Source of the DNA: Bacillota bacterium
GTDB taxonomy: Bacteria > Bacillota > SHA-98 > UBA4971
DNA length: 64,000 nt
Assembly (NCBI GenBank): GCA_024653485.1
Contig: JANLFY010000001.1
Span: forward strand, 166,160-230,159
Reading direction: 5' to 3'
In this document: piece after piece, positions 39,201-47,472 of the stretch
Numbering within the stretch: position 1 is the stretch's first letter
How the letters are laid out: each line of letters opens with the position of its first letter
Program-made: the position numbers and the translations under genes
The notes under the pieces: generated by a model
Databases searched by the model: none
What the model was told of the DNA's origin: nothing
The model's input: only the letters and a program-made list of their open reading frames with translations

Positions 39201-39471
39201 GGGCGTGTGCCTTGCCTCAAGGGAGGAGCGCACGGTCGGGAACGTGTCGCGCGTGCGCGCGAGGCGCTGCTCGGGGTGCGGCGTGTGCGTAGCCGTGTGC
39301 GCTCACGGCGCGCGGTCTCTCGATGAAGAGACGAGGCGAGCCGTGGTGGACGAATTCCTCTGCCGAGGGTGTGGGGCGTGCCAGGCGGCGTGCCCGTCGG
39401 GCGCGGCTTCGCATGCCGGGTTCGAGACGGAGCGCGTCATGTCTGCTCTAGACGCGGCGCTGGGCGGATAG
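36217..39471 (+). CDS. Large tandem-duplicated HdrA-like flavo-FeS protein (1084 aa)
   Basis: Two FAD motifs (GGGVAG, GGGPAG), two CxGSRD..YCSxVCC motifs, internal GVFVCEC/NIREQC module. Confidence 0.88.
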   Translation: MILGMVPAEARSRGSVLVVGGGVAGMHASLILAEAGVHVYLVDSSATVGGLWNLLDKTFPTHSCGICHMSTKNPAYCPVIEVARHPRVTLMVNSLVEEVLGDIGDFRVRVSTRPEFVKSALCDGCGECERACPVEVRLPRHLGLDDRKAIVRPGGRAVLGGYAVDEEACTRCGECARACPRGAINLAAEGTETTLAVGAIIVCSGAAMCDPSVRPEYMYGLSKNVMTGLEFERVSAAALLSNEGLLRPGDGARPDRIAFIQCVGSRDRSRASPYCSSVCCMYAVKEAIIAKTLVPEASVKVFYTDVRALGKGYEEYYVRAKALGVEFENCRVSSVEDNEGALEVRAESGGVVRRDSFDLVVLSNGFVPAGSLISIGAVLGLERDEFGFVRPLSQGRSRVTTSRPGVYVCGGAAGPQDIPTSVLWSGACALQALRAVGPEADWDEWPALRLDAGEQTDRPGGGRAADLGSEATVQNQVSTATQVAPASAAGETRVGVFVCECEASLGSVDPARLVHVLSGEPMPDVVVVKGIPPVCKREGVEALAREAASHRVNRVVVAACSPRRVQDLIGGRLSQAGVEHGMVEVANIREQCGWVHDHPGKAERKARDLVAMAVASVRMATVLVERARPVPAGAVVIGGGPAGMHAAACLADLGHHVHLVEKDEILGGRARALARTLDGTDVRELLEKLEERVRSDNRITVHTSSRVASVHRRDGGFSVSIVRNRDSGGAEPERLADDLRCTGEGSGFRGGRGGCAEEGGAAIACGAVVVATGGREAPGPASLPPPDGARVLTQTELEARLWPSLDIPGAIRSVVMIQCAGSRDETRPYCSQVCCSQAIKNAIRLKEERPDVEVYVLHRDVRVPGAWEAFYERAREMGVVFVRHHDDAPPRVVNDGDEPGGSALAVEVLDDILGETIIIPADLVVLSTGAVGAADRDLAMALGVPVDGHGFLTEANVKVQPVDTCVPGVYVCGLARAPGFLSDALVSAEAAAARAGVCLASREERTVGNVSRVRARRCSGCGVCVAVCAHGARSLDEETRRAVVDEFLCRGCGACQAACPSGAASHAGFETERVMSALDAALGG

Positions 39472-39511
39472 GCGCCGTCGATGTAGCGAGGACGAAGGGA
39501 GGGGAGCTGCG

Positions 39512-39943
39512 ATGAGCGCTGGTGAGGAGTTCGAGCCGAGAATCGTAGCGTTCCTGTGTAACTGGTGTACATACACGGGCGCTGACCTCGCAGGTGTGTC
39601 CAGGATTCAGTACCCGCCCAACGTGCTGCCGCTTCGCGTCATGTGCTCGGGTTCGGTGGATCCGATGTACATTATCAAAGCCCTCCTGGACGGGGCGGAT
39701 GGAGTCCTCGTCGGCGGATGCCATCCCGGTGACTGTCATTACGTGAGTGGGAACTACAAGGCCAGGCGGCGCCTGGCGGTTCTCTCCGCGATCCTGGACG
39801 AGTTCGAGATAGACAGCCGGCGGGTCTGGTTCAGGTTCATCAGCGCGAGCGAGGGCGCGCTCTTCGCGAGGACCGTGCGCGACATGACAGACGCGCTGAG
39901 GTCGCTTGGACCCAATCCTGCGCGCGCGCTGTGGATCACATAG
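39512..39943 (+). CDS. mvhD: MvhD/FlpD [2Fe-2S] subunit
   Basis: AFLCNWCTY, RVMCSG, GADGV..GCHPGDCHY. Confidence 0.93.
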   Translation: MSAGEEFEPRIVAFLCNWCTYTGADLAGVSRIQYPPNVLPLRVMCSGSVDPMYIIKALLDGADGVLVGGCHPGDCHYVSGNYKARRRLAVLSAILDEFEIDSRRVWFRFISASEGALFARTVRDMTDALRSLGPNPARALWIT

Positions 39944-39978
39944 CGCGTCCCTGCCGCGTGCAGCAGCGAGGTGTAGCC

Positions 39979-41061
39979 ATGAAGAACCTTCTAATCGCGG
40001 TGGAACAAGAGGGGAGAGAGAAGGCGCTGTCGAGCTTCCTTGCCAGACTTCTCGAAACCGGGGCTGTTGACGCGATGGTGGTTCTGGCAGAAGTCGCGCC
40101 GGGAGTAACGACGCACGTTCTCGCGAAGGACCCGCGTTTCGTGGAACGTTGGGCTCGGCCGCTCTCGCCGGTCATGCCCTCGAACGCTTCGCAGGTGGTG
40201 TCGGAAGTCGTGCGCAAGCGGCCTTCGGGCAGGGTCGGGGCCGTCTTGCGGCCGTGCGAGAGCCGGGCCCTCGTGGAGCTCATCAAGGTGAGACAGGCTG
40301 CCCCGGAGAACGTCGTCTCCATATGCGTCGACTGCACAGGGACGTATGACCCCGTAGCGTATCGGGACGCACACGGGAGCGTCGAAGGCCTCGCGTTGAG
40401 GGAAGCGTGCCGAGTGTGTCTCAATCCTACTCCTCTCGAAGACGCCCTGCCTGGCATCGTGCTCGGCTTCATTGGTCTGGACGAACGAGACGGCGTGCTC
40501 GTGTCGGTTCACGATCGTCTTGACCCTGATGTGGCTGCGGTCGTAGACGAACTCGGCTTGGCGTGCGGCGAGGACGCCGGGCGCAAACGCAGCGAGGCGG
40601 TCCGCGGGTTGGTCCAGGAACGCCAAAGCGCGTACGATGCCTTCCTTGCGGCTAGAGAGGTCTCGGGAATCGAGGCTTTCGCGAGAGAGCTCGGAGCATG
40701 TACGGGCTGCCACAACTGCCGCGTCGCGTGTCCGGTGTGCTACTGCAGGGAGTGCATCTTCGACACGGACACGTTCGAGGGCGAGCTCGGCCAGTTCGTA
40801 AGAAGGGCTGAGAGGAAAGGTGCACTGAAGGTGCCCTCCGAGACGATTCTCTACCACTTGACCAGGATGAACCACATGTCGCTCTCGTGCGTGGCGTGCG
40901 GGCAGTGCGAGCAGGCGTGCCCTGCCCGTCTGCCGCTCTTCCACCTGTTCGCGATGGCTTCCAGACGCACGCAGGCGCTCTTCGGGTACGTCCCCGGCAG
41001 GAGCCTGGAAGAGGAGCTGCCCTTCACGACGTTCAGGGAGGACGAACTCGAGCCGAGGTAG
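39979..41061 (+). CDS. FdhB/FrhB-family beta subunit-like protein with 2x[4Fe-4S]
   Basis: VGAVLRPCESRALVEL; CTGCHNCRVACPVCYC; CVACGQCEQACP. Confidence 0.8.
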   Translation: MKNLLIAVEQEGREKALSSFLARLLETGAVDAMVVLAEVAPGVTTHVLAKDPRFVERWARPLSPVMPSNASQVVSEVVRKRPSGRVGAVLRPCESRALVELIKVRQAAPENVVSICVDCTGTYDPVAYRDAHGSVEGLALREACRVCLNPTPLEDALPGIVLGFIGLDERDGVLVSVHDRLDPDVAAVVDELGLACGEDAGRKRSEAVRGLVQERQSAYDAFLAAREVSGIEAFARELGACTGCHNCRVACPVCYCRECIFDTDTFEGELGQFVRRAERKGALKVPSETILYHLTRMNHMSLSCVACGQCEQACPARLPLFHLFAMASRRTQALFGYVPGRSLEEELPFTTFREDELEPR

Positions 41062-41087
41062 TTCGGGGGCGGCACCGGCAGGAGGTG

Positions 41088-41774
41088 ATGTTCGTGGCAC
41101 AGGAGATGGTCAGGGTTTTCATAATGGGCAAGGCGTACGACGTGCCGAAGGGGCTCACCATCATGAAAGCGATGGAATACGCCGGCTACCAGTTCGTCCG
41201 CGGCTGCGGCTGTCGCGGGGGGTTCTGTGGTGCGTGTGGCACAGTGTACCGCATGCCAGGCGACTATCGGATAAAGGTCGGCCTCGCCTGCCAGACGATA
41301 GTCGAGGAGGGAATGTACCTCACCCAGATTCCTGTCTTCCCTGCGAACAAGGCCGTGTACGATGTGGAAAAGACGCGCCCGACCCTGGGTGATCTCCTAA
41401 AACTGTACCCCGAGCTATCGAGGTGTCTCGGCTGCAATACTTGCACGAAGGTGTGCCCGCAGGAGCTGGATGTGATGAACTACATGGCTGCGGCCATGCG
41501 TGGCGACATCGCGCGCACCGCGGACATGTCCTTCGACTGCTTGATGTGCGGCCTGTGCGCTGCGCGCTGTCCTGCGGAGACCGTGCAGTACAACATAGCG
41601 ATCCTCGCTCGGAGGTTGTACGCAAGGCATGTCGCCAAGAGAGCCGAACACCTCGCCGTGAGGGTTCAGGAGATCCTCGACGGCAAGTTCGACGCGGCCC
41701 TCGCGGAGTTGACGAGGCTCGACCGAGCCGAGCTCGAAAGGCTCTACAACGAACGAGACATCGAACCGGAGTAG
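41088..41774 (+). CDS. Fumarate reductase/succinate dehydrogenase Fe-S subunit-like
   Basis: GCRGGFCGAC..LAC [2Fe-2S]; CLGCNTCTKVCP; CLMCGLCAARCP. Confidence 0.82.
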   Translation: MFVAQEMVRVFIMGKAYDVPKGLTIMKAMEYAGYQFVRGCGCRGGFCGACGTVYRMPGDYRIKVGLACQTIVEEGMYLTQIPVFPANKAVYDVEKTRPTLGDLLKLYPELSRCLGCNTCTKVCPQELDVMNYMAAAMRGDIARTADMSFDCLMCGLCAARCPAETVQYNIAILARRLYARHVAKRAEHLAVRVQEILDGKFDAALAELTRLDRAELERLYNERDIEPE

Positions 41775-41779
41775 GAGGG

Positions 41780-43420
41780 ATGGAAAAGGTGGCTTACACT
41801 CCGCAGATGATGGAGTCCATGCGTCTCGTGGAAGCGTCGCGCGAGAAGCGGTATACTGAGAGGCACCCGCGCCTGAGCCCCGCTGAGAAGCAGGACATTC
41901 TTCGGAGGTTCCACCCGGACTTCCGGCCGGACACCATGCGCGCGGTGAAGGTGGGGCCCTCTCGCGGTTCGATGATGCCCCACGAGCTCGTCAACGTGCT
42001 CGAGGCAAGGAGCAGGCTCGATCCTGATACCTTCACCATTGACCGGATCGACTACGATGTGGATGTGCTGGTGGTGGGAGGGGGAGGGGCGGGCTCCTCT
42101 GCGTCTTTGATGGCGCACTCTGCGGGCGCGAACGTCCTTCAAGTCACCAAGCTCAGACTGGGTGACGCCAACACAATGATGGCACAAGGCGGCATCCAGG
42201 CAGCCGACAAGCCCAACGACTCTCCGATGATCCACTATCTCGACGTCATCGGCGGCGGCGGCTTCGTGAACAAACCCAACCTCGTGAGGGCGCTCGTTGA
42301 AGACGCGCCGCTCGTGATAAAGTGGCTGGAGGATCTTGGGTGCATGTTCGACAAGGAGCAAGACGGAACCATGATCACCCAGCACGGTGGAGGCACGTCG
42401 CGCAAACGCATGCACGCCGCGCGCGACTACACCGGGGCGGAGATCATGAGGACTCTAAGAGACGAGGTGCGGAACAAGCCGATCCCCGTCATCGAGTTTT
42501 CGCCCGCGATCGAGCTTCTGTCAGACGGCGAGGGGAGGTGCACGGGGGCCGTTCTCATGAACCTCGAGACGAGGGAGTTCTTCATCGTGCGCGCCAAGAC
42601 GGTCGTCTTAGCGACGGGCGGGTTCGGAAGGCTTCACGTGGCGGGGTTCCCTACCACGAACCACTACGGAGCTACCGCGGACGGTCTCGTCATGGCCTAC
42701 CGAATTGGGGCGAACCTCATCTTCCTCGACGCGACGCAGTTTCACCCAACAGGGGCCGCGTACCCGGAGCAGATCGTCGGCCTCCTCATCACCGAGAAGG
42801 TCCGGGGCGTGGGCGCGCAGCTGGTGAACGCCCGTGGGGAGCAGTTCGTGTTCCCTCTAGAGACGAGAGACGCGGTTTCGAGCGCCATTCTCCGCGAGTG
42901 CCACGAACGGAGGGCGGGCGTGGTCACGGAGACGGGGCAGCACGGAGTGTGGCTGGACTCGCCCATGATAGAGCACATCCATGGAGAGGGCACGATACTC
43001 AGGACCCTTCCGGCCATGTTCCGCCAGTACAAACGTTTCGGGATAGACATGAGGAAGGAGCCCATTCTCGTGTACCCGACTCTTCACTATCAGAACGGCG
43101 GAGTTGAGATATCGGAGGATACGAGCACATGTGTGGAGAACTTGTTTGTGGCGGGTGAGACCTCGGGAGGCGTCCATGGACGAAATCGCCTCATGGGGAA
43201 TTCCCTGCTCGATGTGGTGGTTTTCGGGAGACGGGCCGGTCTTGCCGCATCAGAGCGGGCACGAGGCGTCAAGCCTGGAAAGCTCACTCTCGAGCACGTG
43301 AGGCGCTATCACAAAGAGCTCGATGAGGCGGGCATCGGAAGAGACAGGGTGTCGCCCATGATCCTTCCGCCCTATGCCCGTCACGAAGCCAAGCCGGGTG
43401 CCAACCCCGCGGTGCTGTAG
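41780..43420 (+). CDS. Fumarate reductase/succinate dehydrogenase flavoprotein-like (TfrA-like)
   Basis: GGGGAG, MAQGG, QFHPTG, LITEKVRG, ETRD, HYQNGG, HGRNRLMGNSL. Confidence 0.88.
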   Translation: MEKVAYTPQMMESMRLVEASREKRYTERHPRLSPAEKQDILRRFHPDFRPDTMRAVKVGPSRGSMMPHELVNVLEARSRLDPDTFTIDRIDYDVDVLVVGGGGAGSSASLMAHSAGANVLQVTKLRLGDANTMMAQGGIQAADKPNDSPMIHYLDVIGGGGFVNKPNLVRALVEDAPLVIKWLEDLGCMFDKEQDGTMITQHGGGTSRKRMHAARDYTGAEIMRTLRDEVRNKPIPVIEFSPAIELLSDGEGRCTGAVLMNLETREFFIVRAKTVVLATGGFGRLHVAGFPTTNHYGATADGLVMAYRIGANLIFLDATQFHPTGAAYPEQIVGLLITEKVRGVGAQLVNARGEQFVFPLETRDAVSSAILRECHERRAGVVTETGQHGVWLDSPMIEHIHGEGTILRTLPAMFRQYKRFGIDMRKEPILVYPTLHYQNGGVEISEDTSTCVENLFVAGETSGGVHGRNRLMGNSLLDVVVFGRRAGLAASERARGVKPGKLTLEHVRRYHKELDEAGIGRDRVSPMILPPYARHEAKPGANPAVL

Positions 43421-43530
43421 CACTTGTAGCACTGTTGAGTCGAGGGGAGAGGCCGCGGGGTGTGGGGTCTCAGGGTCGCACGAGTTGTCGTTGAAGCACT
43501 AAACCTGCGCATCGCGCAAAGAAGGGGCGG

Positions 43531-43821
43531 GTGACGATGCCTGGAAGCAATGGGGCGGGGCCGGCCCTAGATGAACGGCGGTCCGAGGTGCCGGTGGAGA
43601 TCAACTCAAAGTGGTGTAAGGGGTGCGACATCTGCGTGGCCTTCTGTCCCAAGGAGGTACTGACTAGACCTGAAGGGGGAAAGGCGCAGGTTGCGCACCC
43701 CGAAAAGTGTACACGTTGCGGGCTGTGCGAGATCATGTGCCCTGACCTAGCGATCGTCGTGATCCCGGCGCCCCGCAAAGGGGCGTCGATACGCGGGCAG
43801 GGAGGTGACGCTGATGCTTAG
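43531..43821 (+). CDS. korD: 2-oxoacid:ferredoxin oxidoreductase delta subunit
   Basis: WCKGCDICVAFCP, CTRCGLCEIMCPDLAI. Confidence 0.85.
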   Translation: MTMPGSNGAGPALDERRSEVPVEINSKWCKGCDICVAFCPKEVLTRPEGGKAQVAHPEKCTRCGLCEIMCPDLAIVVIPAPRKGASIRGQGGDADA

Positions 43822-44950
43822 CAGTGCCGGCGCGCGTTTGATGCAGGGTAACGAGGCCTGCGCGGAAGGAGCCATCGCCGCGGGTCTACGGTTCTTCGCG
43901 GGCTACCCCATAACGCCGTCCACTGAGATCGCTGAGGAGCTCGCGCTGCTCCTTCCGAAAGTGGGCGGGAAGTTCATTCAGATGGAGGATGAGATCGCGA
44001 GCATATCAGCGATCATAGGAGCGTCGCTCGCGGGGGCGAAGTCCATGACCGCGACGAGCGGACCGGGGTTCTCCCTGAAGCAAGAGGGGATAGGATTCGC
44101 ATCGTATACCGAGGTGCCGTGCGTCATAGTGAACGTCCAAAGAGTGGGACCGAGCACGGGGGTGCCCACAGCGCCGGCGCAGGGCGACGTGATGCAGGCG
44201 CGCTGGGGGACCCACGGGGATCATCCGATAGTGGTGTTGTGTCCGTCTTCCGTCGCGGAGACTTTCTCGTTGATAATCGAGGCGTTCAACATATCGGAGC
44301 GCTGGCGGATACCTGTGGTCTTCCTGATGGACGAGGTTATCGCTCACATGCGTGAGAAGGTCGTGGTCCCCGAAGCAAGCGCGATCAGGATCGTGGAACG
44401 GCCCAGGCCTCAGGTCGCCCCGGACGAGTACCTCCCTTACGCGGCGGGCGAAGACCTGGTTCCCGCCATCGCGGATTTCGGCTCGGGATACAGATACCAC
44501 GTCACTGGCCTGACTCACGACGAGACGGGCTTCCCTACCACCAAGGCTTCCGAGGTGGACGCCCTTGCGCGCCGCCTGGACGCGAAGATGAGGAGGGCGG
44601 CCCCCCACGTCACGTTCGTGGACGAGTTCCTCGTGAACGACGCCGAGGTAGCGGTGTTTGCGTACGGTGTGACCGCTAGAGCCGCAGCCAAGGCTGTCCG
44701 CGACGCGCGAGCCCAAGGTCTGAAGGCGGGACTCGTCAAGGCGAGAACGCTCTGGCCGTTCCCCGAGGAACACGTGCGTAAGGTGGCTGAGCGGGTGCGA
44801 GCAATAGTCGTCCCCGAGATGAACATGGGCCAGCTGGTGCTGGAGGTCGAAAGGTCATCGGCGGGCCGTGCCGAAGTCGTGGGCCTTTCCCGCGTGGACG
44901 CTGAACCCATCACGCCCGACGAGATCCTGGCGAAACTGCGGGAGGTGTGA
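43814..44950 (+). CDS. korA: 2-oxoacid (2-oxoglutarate):ferredoxin oxidoreductase alpha subunit
   Basis: GYPITPSTE, QMEDEI, ATSGPG, QRVGPSTG. Confidence 0.9.
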   Translation: MLSSAGARLMQGNEACAEGAIAAGLRFFAGYPITPSTEIAEELALLLPKVGGKFIQMEDEIASISAIIGASLAGAKSMTATSGPGFSLKQEGIGFASYTEVPCVIVNVQRVGPSTGVPTAPAQGDVMQARWGTHGDHPIVVLCPSSVAETFSLIIEAFNISERWRIPVVFLMDEVIAHMREKVVVPEASAIRIVERPRPQVAPDEYLPYAAGEDLVPAIADFGSGYRYHVTGLTHDETGFPTTKASEVDALARRLDAKMRRAAPHVTFVDEFLVNDAEVAVFAYGVTARAAAKAVRDARAQGLKAGLVKARTLWPFPEEHVRKVAERVRAIVVPEMNMGQLVLEVERSSAGRAEVVGLSRVDAEPITPDEILAKLREV

Positions 44951-44958
44951 GATCTACC

Positions 44959-45792
44959 ATGGCTACGCCTGTGACTCACTACCTGAGGACGAGCAAGATG
45001 CCGCACATATGGTGTCCGGGGTGCGGGCACGGGATAGTGCTTGGCGCCGTGTTGAGGGCGATAGATTCGAACGGCCTCGACAAGGACAAGGTATGTGTGG
45101 TTTCCGGGATAGGGTGTGCCTCACGTGCACCGGGATATCTGGATTTCAACACGCTTCACACGACGCACGGAAGGGCCATCGCTTTCGCAACCGGGATCAA
45201 AATGGCCAAGCCAGAGCTGAAGGTGATCGTGCTCACAGGTGATGGTGACGCCGCCGCCATAGGCGGGAACCACCTCATACACGCGGCGCGACGCAACATC
45301 GGCATAACTACGGTGTGCTTCAACAACAGCATTTACGGGATGACTAGCGGACAATACTCGCCCATGACTCCAACTGGGAGTCTTGCTAGCACGGCGCCAT
45401 ACGGCAACATAGAGGAGCCCTTCGACCTGTGCGACCTCGTGTACGCGGCGGGCGCGAGCTACGTCGCCCGAGGCACCGCTTACCATGCCCTCCTTCTGTC
45501 GAAGCTGATTGCGAGGGCCATAGCGACCGAGGGGTTCTCGTTCGTGGAGGCCATCACGCAGTGCCCAACGTACTATGGACGGCGCAACAAGTTGAGGTCG
45601 GCGGTAGACATGCTGAAATGGCAAAAGGAGCACGCCGTGTCCGTGGCCGCTGCATCCAAGATGTCCGCGGAGGAACTTGCAGGCAAGTTCAGGATAGGTG
45701 AGCTTGGCGTGAGGACCAGGCAGGAGTACTGCCGGAGGTACGCTGGTCTCATGGAGACGGCGCAGAAGGAGGAGGCTGAGCGGGATGCGTAA
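44959..45792 (+). CDS. korB: 2-oxoacid:ferredoxin oxidoreductase beta subunit
   Basis: WCPGCGHG, SGIGC, GDGD..IGGNH TPP motif. Confidence 0.9.
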   Translation: MATPVTHYLRTSKMPHIWCPGCGHGIVLGAVLRAIDSNGLDKDKVCVVSGIGCASRAPGYLDFNTLHTTHGRAIAFATGIKMAKPELKVIVLTGDGDAAAIGGNHLIHAARRNIGITTVCFNNSIYGMTSGQYSPMTPTGSLASTAPYGNIEEPFDLCDLVYAAGASYVARGTAYHALLLSKLIARAIATEGFSFVEAITQCPTYYGRRNKLRSAVDMLKWQKEHAVSVAAASKMSAEELAGKFRIGELGVRTRQEYCRRYAGLMETAQKEEAERDA

Positions 45793-46333
45793 GGAGGTCA
45801 GGCTCTCGGGAAGTGGTGGGCAGGGGCTGATCCTCGCGGGCATAATCCTTGCGGAAGCCGCTATTCGCGACGGTCACGAGGTGGTTCAGACGCAGTCGTA
45901 CGGACCGGAGGCTCGTGGCGGGGCGAGTCGCGCTGAGGTCATCATCTCCGATGAGGCCATCGACTACCCCAAAGTGGTGGCTCCAGACGTCGTCCTCGTG
46001 ATGTCTCAGGAAGCGTGCAACAAGTACGCGCGTCATGTGAAGGCCGGCGGGATGCTCGTGGTGGACGGGACCAACGTGAGGACCGTGCCGGATCTCGAGG
46101 CGGCGAACGTCGTGCGCCTACCTATCACGGAAATCGCGAGGCGTGACGCGGGTCGTCAGGTGACCGCGAACATGGTGGCTCTCGGCGCGCTCGTGGGACT
46201 AGCGGATCTTGTGACGCCAGAGGCGGCAGAGCACGCCGTGAGAGAGCGGGTTCCCAAGGGGACGGAGGACCTGAACCTGAAGGCGTTCAGACTCGGGATG
46301 AAGTGGGCGAGGGAGGCTTCGGGTTCGACATGA
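45785..46333 (+). CDS. korC: 2-oxoacid:ferredoxin oxidoreductase gamma subunit
   Basis: GSGGQG, QSYGPEARGG, NMVALGA. Confidence 0.9.
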   Translation: MRKEVRLSGSGGQGLILAGIILAEAAIRDGHEVVQTQSYGPEARGGASRAEVIISDEAIDYPKVVAPDVVLVMSQEACNKYARHVKAGGMLVVDGTNVRTVPDLEAANVVRLPITEIARRDAGRQVTANMVALGALVGLADLVTPEAAEHAVRERVPKGTEDLNLKAFRLGMKWAREASGST

Positions 46334-47472
46334 AACTCCATGAATTCCAGGCAAAGGACATGATGAGGCGCTACGGGATACGGACGCCCCGCGGCGAGGT
46401 TGCCAGCACGCCGGACGAGGCGGGCGAGATCGCCGCGAGGCTGGGGTGCGCGGTGGCCGTCAAAGCCCAGGTCCATGTGGGGGGTAGGGGCAAGGCAGGT
46501 GGCATCGCGGTCGCCGCCACACCGGACGAGACCAGACGCCAAGCGTCGAGGATTCTCGGAATGAGCATCAAGGGTCTTACGGTCACGAGAGTGCTCGTGG
46601 AAGAAGCTGTTAACGCTACCCGCGAATACTACGCGGGAATGACCGTGGATCGTGCGCGGCGTTCTATCGTGGTCATGGCGAGCAGCGAGGGCGGGGTGGA
46701 TATAGAGGACGTCGCCGCGCGAACGCCCGAAAGGATCGCCAAGGTCTGGGTCAGCCCACGGGACGGATTCGAACCGTGGCAAGCGAGGTCGCTCGCGCTC
46801 TCGGCGGGGTTCGAGAGAAAGGCGTTGGGCCAGGCGGGGGCGATGATAGCCAATCTCTTTCGGCTCTTCATAAGGGAGGATGCTTCGCTTGCGGAGATCA
46901 ACCCGCTCATGCTGGCTGATGACGGGCGGGTGATTGCCGCGGACGCCAAGATCACCGTCGACGACAACTCCCTTTCACGTCACCCCGAGTACCAAGCGCT
47001 GACTGGGGGAGACAGCGACGACCCGCTGGAGCAAGAGGCGTACAGGCGCGGCCTGACCTATGTCAAGCTGGACGGAAACATCGGCGTCATAGGAAACGGA
47101 GCCGGGCTCGTCATGGCGACGCTTGACGCCATCAATGCGGAAGGAGGCCGCGCTGCGGACTTCCTCGACATAGGCGGTGGCGCGAGAGCCGACGTGGTGA
47201 AGAACGCACTCGAACTCATCCTGATGGATGGCCGAGTGAGGGCCATTCTGATCAACGTGTTCGGAGGCATCACGCGGTGCGATGAGGTAGCTTCCGGTCT
47301 CCTTGCGGCGGCGGAGTCCGTGGGCGTGCGCGTGCCGATCGTCGTGCGGCTCGCCGGCACTAGGGCAGAAGAAGGAAGAGAGCTCTTGCGCGGGACTTCT
47401 GTAGTGGCCGCCGAGGGCATGGCGGATGCCGCGAGACATGTGGTGGCGCTTGCCGCGAGGGGGGTGAGCTGA
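46330..47472 (+). CDS. sucC: Succinyl-CoA synthetase beta subunit
   Basis: [41 protein letters not shown]. Confidence 0.95.
   Translation: MKLHEFQAKDMMRRYGIRTPRGEVASTPDEAGEIAARLGCAVAVKAQVHVGGRGKAGGIAVAATPDETRRQASRILGMSIKGLTVTRVLVEEAVNATREYYAGMTVDRARRSIVVMASSEGGVDIEDVAARTPERIAKVWVSPRDGFEPWQARSLALSAGFERKALGQAGAMIANLFRLFIREDASLAEINPLMLADDGRVIAADAKITVDDNSLSRHPEYQALTGGDSDDPLEQEAYRRGLTYVKLDGNIGVIGNGAGLVMATLDAINAEGGRAADFLDIGGGARADVVKNALELILMDGRVRAILINVFGGITRCDEVASGLLAAAESVGVRVPIVVRLAGTRAEEGRELLRGTSVVAAEGMADAARHVVALAARGVS

Noticed and set aside
32602..39943. Selenocysteine recoding in Hdr/MvhD
   Set aside because: The usual Sec positions are Cys codons, and TGA stops fall at expected protein ends
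32602..41061. Methanogenesis or sulfate reduction inferred from hdr genes
   Set aside because: Bacterial context with no mcr, dsr or apr; Hdr-like modules are widespread in anaerobes
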